This document shows, piece after piece, positions 9,698-18,378 of a stretch of DNA of 32,115 bases; position 1 is the first letter of the stretch, and every line of letters starts with the position of its first letter. Location of the stretch: contig CAXBQP010000034.1 in assembly GCA_963978095.1 (NCBI GenBank), forward strand, positions 1 through 32,115, given 5' to 3'. Below the pieces are notes generated by a model that saw only the letters and a list, made by a program, of their open reading frames with translations, searched no databases and had not been told where the DNA came from. The translations under genes and the position numbers were made by a program. This stretch comes from an uncultured bacterium (GTDB lineage: Bacteria; Gemmatimonadota; Gemmatimonadetes; Gemmatimonadales; Gemmatimonadaceae).

Positions 9698-10544
9698 GTG
9701 GCTGCCTCGGCACGCCAATGAGCGCGCGGACCGCCGCCGCACCGTCGGATGCCGCAGAGAGCACGGAGCCGACCAGCACCGCGTCGGCACCACAGGCCGC
9801 CGCCCGCTCCACTCCCCCCCGGTCAGCGATACCACTCTCGAAGACCGCCACACGCCCCCGGGGGATCATGGGCAGGAGACGGGCGCTCACCGCGTCATCG
9901 ATCACCAGCGTTTCGAGATTCCTATTGTTCACGCCGACGACCGCGGGTTCGACGGACAACGCCCGCTCGAGCTCGTGCTCGTCGCGGACCTCGATCAGCA
10001 CTTCCAGCCCGATCGCGCGCGCGTCCGAGGCCAAGGCTTCCATCTGTCCGGGCCGCAACGCCCGAGCGATCAGCAACGCCGCCGACGCACCGGCCGCCCG
10101 TGCCTGCAACAGCTGCAGACGATCGACGATGAAGTCCTTGCGCAGCAGGGGCGCCCCCCCGATCGGGCGGGTGGCCCGAAGCATCGCCTGACGCACTGCG
10201 TGCAAATCGTCGAGCGACCCCCCGAAGCGCGTGGATTCCGTCAACACCGAGAGCGCCGATGCCCCGGCATGGACGTAGTCGAGCGCGCGCGCCGCGACGT
10301 CCATGTCGGCGTTGATCGCCCCTTTGCTCGGGCTCTGCTTTTTCAGTTCGGCGATGACCGCGACCTCTGGCCGCCGCAACGCGTCCGCGAATCCGGTCGG
10401 AACCGGCGCAGCCGCTGCCGCTGCCTCCAGGGCCGCCGCGGACGGACGCAGCAGGTCCACGGCAGCGTAGGCGCGCGCGGTAAGCTCCCCCAGCGGACCG
10501 ACGGGAGGGCGCCACGGCGTGCGTTTCGCTTGCGCTTCGGTCAA
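9690..10544 (-). CDS. trpC: indole-3-glycerol phosphate synthase
   Basis: VIAELKKQSPSKG, LSVLTE..RFGGS, LRKDFI, GVNNRNL, VFESGI. Start uncertain (TTG 10544 chosen). Confidence 0.93.
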   Translation of the reverse strand: MTEAQAKRTPWRPPVGPLGELTARAYAAVDLLRPSAAALEAAAAAAPVPTGFADALRRPEVAVIAELKKQSPSKGAINADMDVAARALDYVHAGASALSVLTESTRFGGSLDDLHAVRQAMLRATRPIGGAPLLRKDFIVDRLQLLQARAAGASAALLIARALRPGQMEALASDARAIGLEVLIEVRDEHELERALSVEPAVVGVNNRNLETLVIDDAVSARLLPMIPRGRVAVFESGIADRGGVERAAACGADAVLVGSVLSAASDGAAAVRALIGVPRQPRG

Positions 10545-10577
10545 TGTTCGGCTACCGTTACTTCGGGTGTTGTTCGG
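10535..10577. promoter_or_regulatory. two candidate LexA operators, CTTCGG-N4-TGTTCGG (10535-10551 and 10561-10577)
   Basis: CTTCGGTCAATGTTCGG and CTTCGGGTGTTGTTCGG, with TTCGG units 11 bp apart, upstream of lexA; resembles the GTTC-N7-GTTC direct-repeat SOS box. Confidence 0.6.
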
Positions 10578-10644
10578 TCGTCTCCGGAATGTTGCCGGGT
10601 CAGGACCGCACCCGGGTTCGCTCACTCTTCGCAGGGGCCGTATC

Positions 10645-11253
10645 ATGCCGCTCACCAAGAAGCAGCGCCAGATTTTGGATTATCTGAACTCCTACGCCGT
10701 TGAAAACGGTTACGCGCCGAGTTTCGAGGAGATTGCGGAACAATTCAACTATAACTCCTTGGCAACCGTTCATGAACACCTCAGCAACCTGGAACGGAAA
10801 GGCTACATCAAGCGCAGCTACAACGAGAGCCGCGCCATCGAGATCCTCCCGTCGGATGTGATTCCGCGCTCGGTCGAGCTTCCGCTCAAAGGGTTGGTCG
10901 CCGCCGGCATGCCGATCGAAATGGCCACGCATGGAGAGACGATCGCCGTCCCCGAGGATTTCATCCGCCGCGGATCGAGTCACTACGTCCTGAAGGTGCG
11001 TGGCGACTCGATGATCGAGGACCACATCCAGGATGGTGACTTCGTCGTGGTCCAAGAGCGTCAGGGCGCCGACAACGGTGAAATGGTCATCGCCATGCTC
11101 GACGACTCGTCGGCTACCGTCAAGCGCTATTTCCGGGAGCGAGACGGCAGAATCCGGCTGCAGCCGTCCAACGACACCATGGCCCCGATTTACGTTCATG
11201 AGAACCAGATGCGCGTGCAGGGCGTGGTGGTCGGGGTGATGCGGCGCTACTAG
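10645..11253 (+). CDS. lexA: SOS repressor LexA
   Basis: LTKKQRQILDY...YAPSFEEIA winged helix, VAAG cleavage site, GDSM catalytic Ser, ATVKR catalytic Lys. Confidence 0.97.
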   Translation: MPLTKKQRQILDYLNSYAVENGYAPSFEEIAEQFNYNSLATVHEHLSNLERKGYIKRSYNESRAIEILPSDVIPRSVELPLKGLVAAGMPIEMATHGETIAVPEDFIRRGSSHYVLKVRGDSMIEDHIQDGDFVVVQERQGADNGEMVIAMLDDSSATVKRYFRERDGRIRLQPSNDTMAPIYVHENQMRVQGVVVGVMRRY

Positions 11254-11278
11254 CGCGCCCGGCTGTGCTCCAGTTTCG

Positions 11279-11308
11279 GACGGCGCCTTCGGGCGCCGTC
11301 TTTGTTTT
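11279..11308 (+). terminator. intrinsic terminator of lexA
   Basis: GACGGCGCC-TTCG-GGCGCCGTC 9-bp stem followed by TTTGTTTT. Confidence 0.85.
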
Positions 11309-12347
11309 ACCGCCGAGGCGCCGCCTTGCGGAGTCGCGCCAGCGCCTCGCGCGCCGCGCCGCTCCGCAGCGCCTCACGTGCCACGCCGAGCGAACTCGAG
11401 AAGTGGGAAGCGAGCCCGGCGACGTAGATGGCCCCCGCAGCGTTCAACAGGACCGCCGCCTCCGCGCCAGGGGTGCCTCGGCCCTCGAGGACGGCTTCGA
11501 TCACCCGCGCATTCTCCAGCGGCTCTCCCCCCGCCAGATCAGCGGCGTTCGAAGGCGCAAAGCCCTCCGCCATCGGATCGATCGTCCACCGCGAAAGTTC
11601 CCCGCCCCGCACCTCCACCACGCGCGTCGCTCCGAGTGGGGAGATTTCATCGAGCCCGGGCTCGCCGTGGACGACCAGCGCGTGCGCCGTGCCCAGTTCA
11701 GCGAGCGCGGCGGCCACGAGTTCCACGCGCGACGCGTCCGCGACTCCCATGACTTGACGGCCGGCCATGGCGGGGTTCGCCAGCGGGCCGACCAGGTTCA
11801 TCACGGACGGAACGCCAAGCTCGCGACGCACGGGCCCTACATGACGCATGGCGGGGTGCATGGTCGGCGCGAACATGAACACGATCCCGGCCTCATTGAG
11901 CACCTCTCCCATCCGATCCGGGGTGAGGTCGATGGCGATGCCAAGGGCCTCGAGCACGTCCGCACTGCCGGATTTCGACGTGAACGACCGATTTCCGTGC
12001 TTGGCGACCCGTACGCCCGCCCCGGCCGCGACCAGTGCCGCAGCGGTCGAGATGTTGAAGGTCGTGAGCGCGCCCCCGCCGGTGCCGCACGTGTCCACCA
12101 GCCCAGCCGGATTGGTCGCCCCAAGACGCGTCATGGCGTTCCGCAACGCCATGGCAGCGCCCGCCACTTCAGCAGCTGTCTCCCCTTTGACGCGGAGCCC
12201 CATCAACAGCGCGGCGACGAGCGCCGGTGAGGCCGTGCCAGCCATCACCGCATCGAACGCCGCCATGGATTCCGTCACGGACAGCGAGCGGCCGTGCGCC
12301 AGGGCGCGGACGGCGTCGTTGATCGCCACGAAAGGGCTGCTGTGCAC
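11307..12347 (-). CDS. trpD: anthranilate phosphoribosyltransferase
   Basis: DTCGTGGG..TFNIST, AKHGNRS.TSKSGSAD.LE, GPLANP, GLDEIS. Start uncertain (in-frame options 12329, 12347, 12413). Confidence 0.95.
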   Translation of the reverse strand: MHSSPFVAINDAVRALAHGRSLSVTESMAAFDAVMAGTASPALVAALLMGLRVKGETAAEVAGAAMALRNAMTRLGATNPAGLVDTCGTGGGALTTFNISTAAALVAAGAGVRVAKHGNRSFTSKSGSADVLEALGIAIDLTPDRMGEVLNEAGIVFMFAPTMHPAMRHVGPVRRELGVPSVMNLVGPLANPAMAGRQVMGVADASRVELVAAALAELGTAHALVVHGEPGLDEISPLGATRVVEVRGGELSRWTIDPMAEGFAPSNAADLAGGEPLENARVIEAVLEGRGTPGAEAAVLLNAAGAIYVAGLASHFSSSLGVAREALRSGAAREALARLRKAAPRR

Positions 12348-12422
12348 GAGAGGACGGCGGGGTCGGAAGGGGGCTACGTGGGGACCGCCAGCCGAATGCG
12401 GCGGCCGCGTCATGACGCGCGA

Positions 12423-12451
12423 AGGTTGCCGAGCGGGATGCGTGTTGTCAA
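12423..12451 (-). promoter_or_regulatory. putative sigma70 promoter for trpD
   Basis: Minus strand TTGACA (12451-12446), 17 bp spacer, CAACCT (12428-12423). Confidence 0.5.
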
Positions 12452-12475
12452 TCGCGCGGGCGGGATCGTTTTTCC

Positions 12476-12504
12476 TTGAAGTCACACGAGTCGGCGGCTA
12501 CTTT
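12476..12504 (+). promoter_or_regulatory. putative sigma70 promoter giving a leaderless truA transcript
   Basis: TTGAAG (12476-81), 17 bp, TACTTT (12499-504), 7 nt, then ATG 12512; no Shine-Dalgarno. Confidence 0.55.
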
Positions 12505-12511
12505 TCCCACG

Positions 12512-13285
12512 ATGGCCGCGCGCCTCTTCCAGCTCGTGTTGCACTACGACGGCACCGGGTTTTCGGGCTGGCAGGTTCAGCCCGAGCGCCGTACGGTGCA
12601 AGGGGAGCTCGAATCCACGCTCTCGCGATTGTGCGGCGAGCCGATTCGGGTGACGGGCGCGGGGCGCACGGATGCCGGCGTCCACGCACGCGGACAGGCG
12701 GCCGGGGTGCAGGTGGCGGAGCATTGGACGCCGGAGCGTTTCCGGCAGGTGGTGAACGGCCGGTTGCCGCAGGATGTGTGGGTCGCGCAGGTGCACGAGA
12801 TGCATCCCGCGTTCCACCCGCGGTTCAGCGCGACCGCTCGGCGTTACAGCTACACGTTGGGGTTCGGCTCGGACGCGGAGTCGCCATTTGCTCGCCGGTG
12901 GGCGACGCCGTACGAAGGGGTGTTGGACCGGAACGCGCTCGATTGGTGTGCGGAACAAACGCTGGGATGGCATCGGTTTATCGGGTTTGCCGTGCGCGGA
13001 ACAGCGCCGCCGACCGACGACCACCGATGCGAGGTACGGCTCTGCCGGTGGCGCGATGTGACCGGCGGGCTCGTCCTCGATATCGCGGCGAACCGTTTCT
13101 TGCACCACATGGTGCGGTTCCTGGTGGGAACGATGCTCGACGTGGCACGCGGCCACCGACGGCGTGACGACTTCGTCGCGCTTCTCGAAGCCGCTGCCAA
13201 TGACGAGGTCTCTCCGCCAGCACCGCCCGAAGGACTCTGCCTCGAGCACGTGACCTACCCCGACGACCTGTACCTGACCACCTGA
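12512..13285 (+). CDS. truA: tRNA pseudouridine(38-40) synthase
   Basis: YDGT.FSGWQ.Q, AGRTDAGVHA.GQ, RFLHHMVR, APPEGL.L. Confidence 0.96.
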   Translation: MAARLFQLVLHYDGTGFSGWQVQPERRTVQGELESTLSRLCGEPIRVTGAGRTDAGVHARGQAAGVQVAEHWTPERFRQVVNGRLPQDVWVAQVHEMHPAFHPRFSATARRYSYTLGFGSDAESPFARRWATPYEGVLDRNALDWCAEQTLGWHRFIGFAVRGTAPPTDDHRCEVRLCRWRDVTGGLVLDIAANRFLHHMVRFLVGTMLDVARGHRRRDDFVALLEAAANDEVSPPAPPEGLCLEHVTYPDDLYLTT

Positions 13286-13950
13286 TGCGCATCTTCCTCG
13301 CCACCACGTCGCCTGACGAGATCCGTTGGGCCAGCGCCGCGACTTTGATCGACGGTGTCGTCGCGACCCCCACCATCATCGCCAGCGAGCAGCCGGGTGC
13401 CGATGTCCGTGAGATTGTCGCCGACCTCGCGCGCGTCACGACGCTGCCGATCTGTGCGAGCGTCGCGGCCATCGGCGCCAACGACATCTACAAAGGGGCC
13501 AAGGAGCTCGCGAAACTCGCGGACCACCTCATCATCGCGGTGCCCTTCATCGAGGATTCGGCGCCAGCCATCCGGCGGCTCACGAACGATGGCATCCGGG
13601 TCGCTGCCACGCTCGTCTACTCGGCGGCACAGGGACTCCTGGCCGAAAAGGCGGGAGCCTCCATGGTCACCATCGCAGTGGATGCGCTCGAGGCCGTCGG
13701 TCAGAGCGGCGCGGTCGTGATCCGACAGCTCCGCCACGCCTTCGATCACGCCCACGCGGAGTGTGACATCGCCGCCGCCGGCCCGACGAGCGCGTCGAGC
13801 TTCGCGGAGTGCGCCGCCGCCGGTGCGGAGATCGCCGTCATCACGCCGCCGGTCCTGCGCTCCCTGCTGCAGCATCCGCTCACCGATCGCGGACTCGACC
13901 GCTTCCTCGGCGACATCAGTCGTCGCCCCAAGCCGCGCCGCGCGCGATGA
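13285..13950 (+). CDS. transaldolase/fructose-6-phosphate aldolase (FSA/TalC) fold protein, catalytic residues absent
   Basis: Collinear with small transaldolases (DGV..P, GI.V..TLVYS.AQ.LLA.KAGA, QHPLTD.GL.RF), but with A6, T28, S59, A85, A131 and A134 at active-site positions. Confidence 0.85.
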   Translation: MRIFLATTSPDEIRWASAATLIDGVVATPTIIASEQPGADVREIVADLARVTTLPICASVAAIGANDIYKGAKELAKLADHLIIAVPFIEDSAPAIRRLTNDGIRVAATLVYSAAQGLLAEKAGASMVTIAVDALEAVGQSGAVVIRQLRHAFDHAHAECDIAAAGPTSASSFAECAAAGAEIAVITPPVLRSLLQHPLTDRGLDRFLGDISRRPKPRRAR

Positions 13951-15383
13951 TCTCGCGAGGCCGGGCCCTCTCCCTCCCACTCGCCGTCGCCTGCTTGGCG
14001 GCGTGCGACGGGGTGACGCCGACGCCATCGATCGCGCAGAGCGCGCAGGCGGCCCAGGCAGCGCAACTCCCGGCGTCGGCCCCACAGGCCATCACCGCCC
14101 AACGCCGGACGGCCATCACCGACGCGGTGGCCAAAGTCGGCCCGACCGTCGTGACTGTTCAGACCGAGGTTGTGCAGCGGGTACAGGCGTCGCCGTTCGA
14201 CTTTTTCTTCGGCGGATCGCAGGGACAGCAACAAGTGCAGTCCGGGATCGGCTCCGGGTTCATCGTCCGGGAGGACGGCGTCATCATCACCAACGCGCAT
14301 GTGGTCTCCGGTGCGACCAAGATGAGCGTTGCGCTCCCTGACGGAACGACCTACCCCGGGAAGGTCATCGGCATCGACGAGCTCAACGATCTTGCCGTAC
14401 TGAAGGTGGACGCCAGGAAACTCCCTGTGGCCAAGCTGGGCACCTCCCGCGGGCTCGTGATCGGCGAGTGGGCGATCGCGATCGGCAACCCCTACGGATT
14501 CGTCCTCGGGAACACCGAACCGGCCGTCACCGCCGGTGTGATCTCCGGCACGGGACGCAATCTGACGGCGCGCTCCGAAGGCAGTGGCGTGTACGTCGAC
14601 ATGATCCAGACGGACGCCGCGATCAATCCCGGGAACTCGGGCGGCCCGCTGGTCAACGCCATGGGAGAGGTGATCGGCGTCAACAGTTCGATCTATTCGC
14701 CCTCGGGCGGCTCGGTGGGACTGGGATTCGCGATCCCGATCGATCGCGCACGACGCGTCGCCGAAGACCTCCTGGCGCACGGCAAGGTGCGACGTCCGTG
14801 GATCGGCGTCAAAACCGAGTTCCCGCAGGCAAATACCATGGAACGGCAAGCGCTCAATGGCGGCGCCAAGGTGCGGACGGTCGTCGACGGCTCTCCGGCC
14901 GCCAAGGCGGGGATCCAGTCGGGCGACGTCCTCGTGCGCTCGCGCGAGCGGGTGCTGCGCAATGCGTACGACTGGGAAGCGGAGCTGCTCGAACTGCGCG
15001 TCGACGACCAGGTCCCCCTCACGCTGAAGCGTGGCTCGCGCGAACTCACGGTCACGGTGCGCATTGCCGACCTCCCGGAAGTGAGCGCGCAGAAGGTCTC
15101 GGTGCTCAAGGAGATCGAGCTGATCTCGCTCACGCCGGCGATCCGCTCCGAGCGCGGAATCCGGCGCACCGCCGGCGCCGTGGTGGCGACCATCAGTGCG
15201 CGCGTCGCCGACGAACTCGGCATCCAGACGGGCGATCTGATCTTCCAAGTGAACAACGCGCCGGTGTCGGATGCACCGCAGGTGGCCAAGATGCTCGAGT
15301 ATCTCTCGGGTCGGGGCCCGATCCGGATGTGGATCGAACGTGGGGGCCAGGCGTACTGGACCGATTTCCAGATTGGACGATGA
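13947..15383 (+). CDS. DegP/HtrA-family serine protease with PDZ domains, probable lipoprotein
   Basis: Lipobox-like LAAC, GSGF, TNAHVV (His), DLAVLK (Asp), QTDAAINPGNSGGPL (Ser), two PDZ-like regions. ATG 13947 overlaps the upstream stop. Confidence 0.92.
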   Translation: MISRGRALSLPLAVACLAACDGVTPTPSIAQSAQAAQAAQLPASAPQAITAQRRTAITDAVAKVGPTVVTVQTEVVQRVQASPFDFFFGGSQGQQQVQSGIGSGFIVREDGVIITNAHVVSGATKMSVALPDGTTYPGKVIGIDELNDLAVLKVDARKLPVAKLGTSRGLVIGEWAIAIGNPYGFVLGNTEPAVTAGVISGTGRNLTARSEGSGVYVDMIQTDAAINPGNSGGPLVNAMGEVIGVNSSIYSPSGGSVGLGFAIPIDRARRVAEDLLAHGKVRRPWIGVKTEFPQANTMERQALNGGAKVRTVVDGSPAAKAGIQSGDVLVRSRERVLRNAYDWEAELLELRVDDQVPLTLKRGSRELTVTVRIADLPEVSAQKVSVLKEIELISLTPAIRSERGIRRTAGAVVATISARVADELGIQTGDLIFQVNNAPVSDAPQVAKMLEYLSGRGPIRMWIERGGQAYWTDFQIGR

Positions 15384-16810
15384 ATCACGAGCGCTACTCT
15401 TCCCCGCTCGCCGAGCGCTACGCATCCCCCGCGATGCTCACGCTGTGGTCAGCCCACACGCGGCATGGGCTGTGGCGTCGCCTCTGGCTGGCGCTCGCGG
15501 AAAGCGAGCGCACGCTCGGGGTCGACATCCCCGAGGCCGCCATCGTCGAGATGCGCGCACACCTCGACGACATCGACTTCGCCAAGGTCGCGGAGTACGA
15601 GAAGCGGTTCCGGCACGATGTGATGGCCCACGTGCATGCCTTCGGCGAGGTCGCGCCGGCCGCACGCGGCGTGATCCACTTGGGCGCCACCTCGGCCTTC
15701 GTCACCGACAACGGCGATCTCATCCAAATGCGGCGCGGACTTGAACTGCTCCGCGCACGCCTCGTATCGGTGCTCCAACGACTCTCGACCTTCGCCGCCG
15801 CGTGGCGCGCCGAACCGGCGCTGGGCTACACCCATCTGCAAGCGGCGCAACTCACGACCGTCGGGAAGCGCGCCACCCTCTGGATGCAGGACCTCGTCCT
15901 CGACCTCGCCGAAATCGACCATCGGCTGGCGACCCTTCCCCTCCGCGGGGTGAAGGGCACGACGGGCACGCAGGCGAGCTTCCTGGAACTCTTCAAGGGG
16001 GATCACGCCAAGGTGCGCGAGCTCGACCGGCTCGTCGTGCAGGCCATGGGATTCGAGCAGTCGATCCCCGTCAGTGGCCAGACGTACACGCGCAAGCTCG
16101 ACGCGCAGGTCCTGAGCGTCGTTTCCGGGATCGCGGCCAGTGCGGCGAAGTTCGCCAGCGACCTGCGCATGCTGCAGTCCTTCGGCGAGATCGAGGAGCC
16201 GTTCGAGAAGGAGCAGATCGGTTCCAGCGCGATGGCCTACAAGCGCAACCCCATGCGGTCCGAGCGCATCAACTCGCTCGCGCGCTTCGTGCTCTCCCTC
16301 GAGGGGAACGCCAATCAGACCCATAGTGTGCAGTACTTCGAGCGGACGCTCGACGACAGCGCGAACCGCCGGCTGGTGATTCCCGAGGCCTTCCTCGCGA
16401 CCGATGCGATCCTGATCCTCATGGAGAACATCACCAGCGGGCTGGAAGTACATCCGGCGCGCATTCGCGCGCGCATCGCCGACGAGCTCCCCTTCATGGC
16501 CACCGAGAAGCTGATCGTGAGCGCGGTCGAGGCCGGCGGAGATCGTCAGGTCGCGCACGAGGTAATCCGCCGCCACAGCATCGCCGCCGCCCGCGCGATG
16601 AAGGACGATGGCGCCAGGAACGACATGCTCGGCCGCCTCGCCGCCGACCCGGAGTTCGGCGTGCCGTTGGGCAATCTGGAAGCTTCGCTCGACGCCCGTC
16701 ATTTCGTGGGACGCGCACCGGAACAGGTCGACGATTTCCTCGCGGAAGTGGTCGCACCGATTCTCGCGTCCGCGACCGCGGCCGCCCCCGTGGCGGAGAT
16801 CCGCGTATGA
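15380..16810 (+). CDS. purB: adenylosuccinate lyase
   Basis: [36 protein letters not shown] signature, ERTLDDSA. Confidence 0.96.
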   Translation: MNHERYSSPLAERYASPAMLTLWSAHTRHGLWRRLWLALAESERTLGVDIPEAAIVEMRAHLDDIDFAKVAEYEKRFRHDVMAHVHAFGEVAPAARGVIHLGATSAFVTDNGDLIQMRRGLELLRARLVSVLQRLSTFAAAWRAEPALGYTHLQAAQLTTVGKRATLWMQDLVLDLAEIDHRLATLPLRGVKGTTGTQASFLELFKGDHAKVRELDRLVVQAMGFEQSIPVSGQTYTRKLDAQVLSVVSGIAASAAKFASDLRMLQSFGEIEEPFEKEQIGSSAMAYKRNPMRSERINSLARFVLSLEGNANQTHSVQYFERTLDDSANRRLVIPEAFLATDAILILMENITSGLEVHPARIRARIADELPFMATEKLIVSAVEAGGDRQVAHEVIRRHSIAAARAMKDDGARNDMLGRLAADPEFGVPLGNLEASLDARHFVGRAPEQVDDFLAEVVAPILASATAAAPVAEIRV

Positions 16811-17733
16811 CACTGACCGTTGGCACGACCGCGCTGCCCCTCCCGCTGGTGGTGCGCGGCAAGGTCCGCGACGTGTACGCGGTGGGTGCGGATCGCCTGC
16901 TGCTGGTCGCCAGCGATCGGGTGAGCGCGTTTGACGTCGTCATGCGCGAGTTGGTGCCATACAAGGGTGCCGTGCTCACGCAGATCACGGCGTGGTGGTT
17001 GAGGCAGTTGGGGGATGTCGTCCCGCACCACATGATCACCGCCGACGCCGATGAGATCGTCTCGCTCGTTCCCGAACTCGCCCCGCACCGCGACACCCTG
17101 GCGGGCCGCTCGATGCTCGGCCTGCGCGGTCAGGTGTTCCCGGTGGAATGCGTGATCCGCGGGTACCTGTCGGGCTCGGCGCTCAAGGAGTACCGCGCCT
17201 CCGGCACGTTGGCCGGCGAGCGGCTCGCCGAGGGACTGGTGGAGGCCGACCGATTCGACCCACCCGTCTTCAGTCCCGCCACGAAGGCCGAGACCGGACA
17301 CGACGAGAACATCACGGTCGCGCAGGTCCGGGTACAGCTTGGCGCCGAAGTTGCCGCGGAGCTGGAACGGTTGTCGCGCCTCGTCTACGCGCATGGACGC
17401 GATCTGGCCGCCGCGCGCGGCATCATCATCGCCGATACGAAGTTCGAGTTCGCCTCGCGGAACGGGCGCATCATTCTGGTCGATGAGGTGCTGACCCCCG
17501 ACAGTTCGCGTTTCTGGCCCGCGGATCAATACCAGCCGGGGCGCACGCAGCCCAGCTTCGACAAGCAACCCCTCCGTGATTGGCTCGACGCGGAGCGTCG
17601 TGCCGCTCGCTGGGACGGCAATGCCCCACCGCCGTCCCTTCCCCCCGAGGTAGTCCAGGCGACCAGCGCCCGGTATCTCGACGCCTTCGCGCGCCTGACC
17701 GGCGCCCCCCTGGACACCGCGAGTCTGCCGTGA
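16807..17733 (+). CDS. purC: SAICAR synthetase
   Basis: [48 protein letters not shown]. Confidence 0.96.
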   Translation: MTLTVGTTALPLPLVVRGKVRDVYAVGADRLLLVASDRVSAFDVVMRELVPYKGAVLTQITAWWLRQLGDVVPHHMITADADEIVSLVPELAPHRDTLAGRSMLGLRGQVFPVECVIRGYLSGSALKEYRASGTLAGERLAEGLVEADRFDPPVFSPATKAETGHDENITVAQVRVQLGAEVAAELERLSRLVYAHGRDLAAARGIIIADTKFEFASRNGRIILVDEVLTPDSSRFWPADQYQPGRTQPSFDKQPLRDWLDAERRAARWDGNAPPPSLPPEVVQATSARYLDAFARLTGAPLDTASLP

Positions 17734-18377
17734 GCGTAGCCAAAGAAGGGATTCCGTTCATTCTGATCGCCGCCGCGGTCGCCGGAGGCGCATTCGCCCT
17801 CGCCAACAGCCGGCGCTCGTTCGCGCTGTGGGTCCTGGCGTTCCTGCTCACCGTGATCGCCCTGTGGGTCGCGTACTTCTTCCGTGACCCCGAGCGCACC
17901 GGCCCCCGAGGGGAGAAACTGGTGATCGCACCCGCCGATGGCCGGATCGTGCTGATCACGGAAGTCGACGAACCCTCGTTCATCCACGGGCGCGCACTCC
18001 GGATTTCCATCTTCATGAACGTGTTCAACGTGCACGTCAATCGTTACCCGGTCGAGGGCACCGTACGCTACGTGCACTACAATCCCGGCAAGTTCCTGAA
18101 TGCGGCGGTGGAGAAGTCGTCACTCGAGAACGAACAGATGTCGGTCGGGCTCGAATCGGGCCCGTTCCGGATCTTGGTGCGTCAGATCGCCGGTCTCGTG
18201 GCCCGTCGAATCGTCACCTACAGCAAGGACGGTGACGTCGTACAACAGGGCGAGCGGTTCGGTCTGATCCGGTTCGGGTCCCGCGTTGACGTCTTCGTGC
18301 CGACCAACAGCACGGTCAAGGTGAAGATCGGCGACACGACGATGAGCGGGACGAGTATCCTCGCGGAGCTCCCGTAA
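17730..18377 (+). CDS. psd: phosphatidylserine decarboxylase proenzyme (short type)
   Basis: FFRDPER, APADG, ISIFM...VHVNR.P, QIAG.VARRI, FGSRV self-cleavage motif. GTG 17730 overlaps the purC stop. Confidence 0.93.
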   Translation: MSVAKEGIPFILIAAAVAGGAFALANSRRSFALWVLAFLLTVIALWVAYFFRDPERTGPRGEKLVIAPADGRIVLITEVDEPSFIHGRALRISIFMNVFNVHVNRYPVEGTVRYVHYNPGKFLNAAVEKSSLENEQMSVGLESGPFRILVRQIAGLVARRIVTYSKDGDVVQQGERFGLIRFGSRVDVFVPTNSTVKVKIGDTTMSGTSILAELP

Positions 18378-18378
18378 C

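Noticed and set aside
12348..12420. trp attenuator or leader peptide upstream of trpD
   Set aside because: No short ORF with tandem Trp codons and no terminator hairpin with a U-tract.
14468..15379. 780-aa ORF suggesting a PurB fusion
   Set aside because: The upstream part is an alternative frame of the protease gene; PurB starts at the ATGA overlap at 15380.
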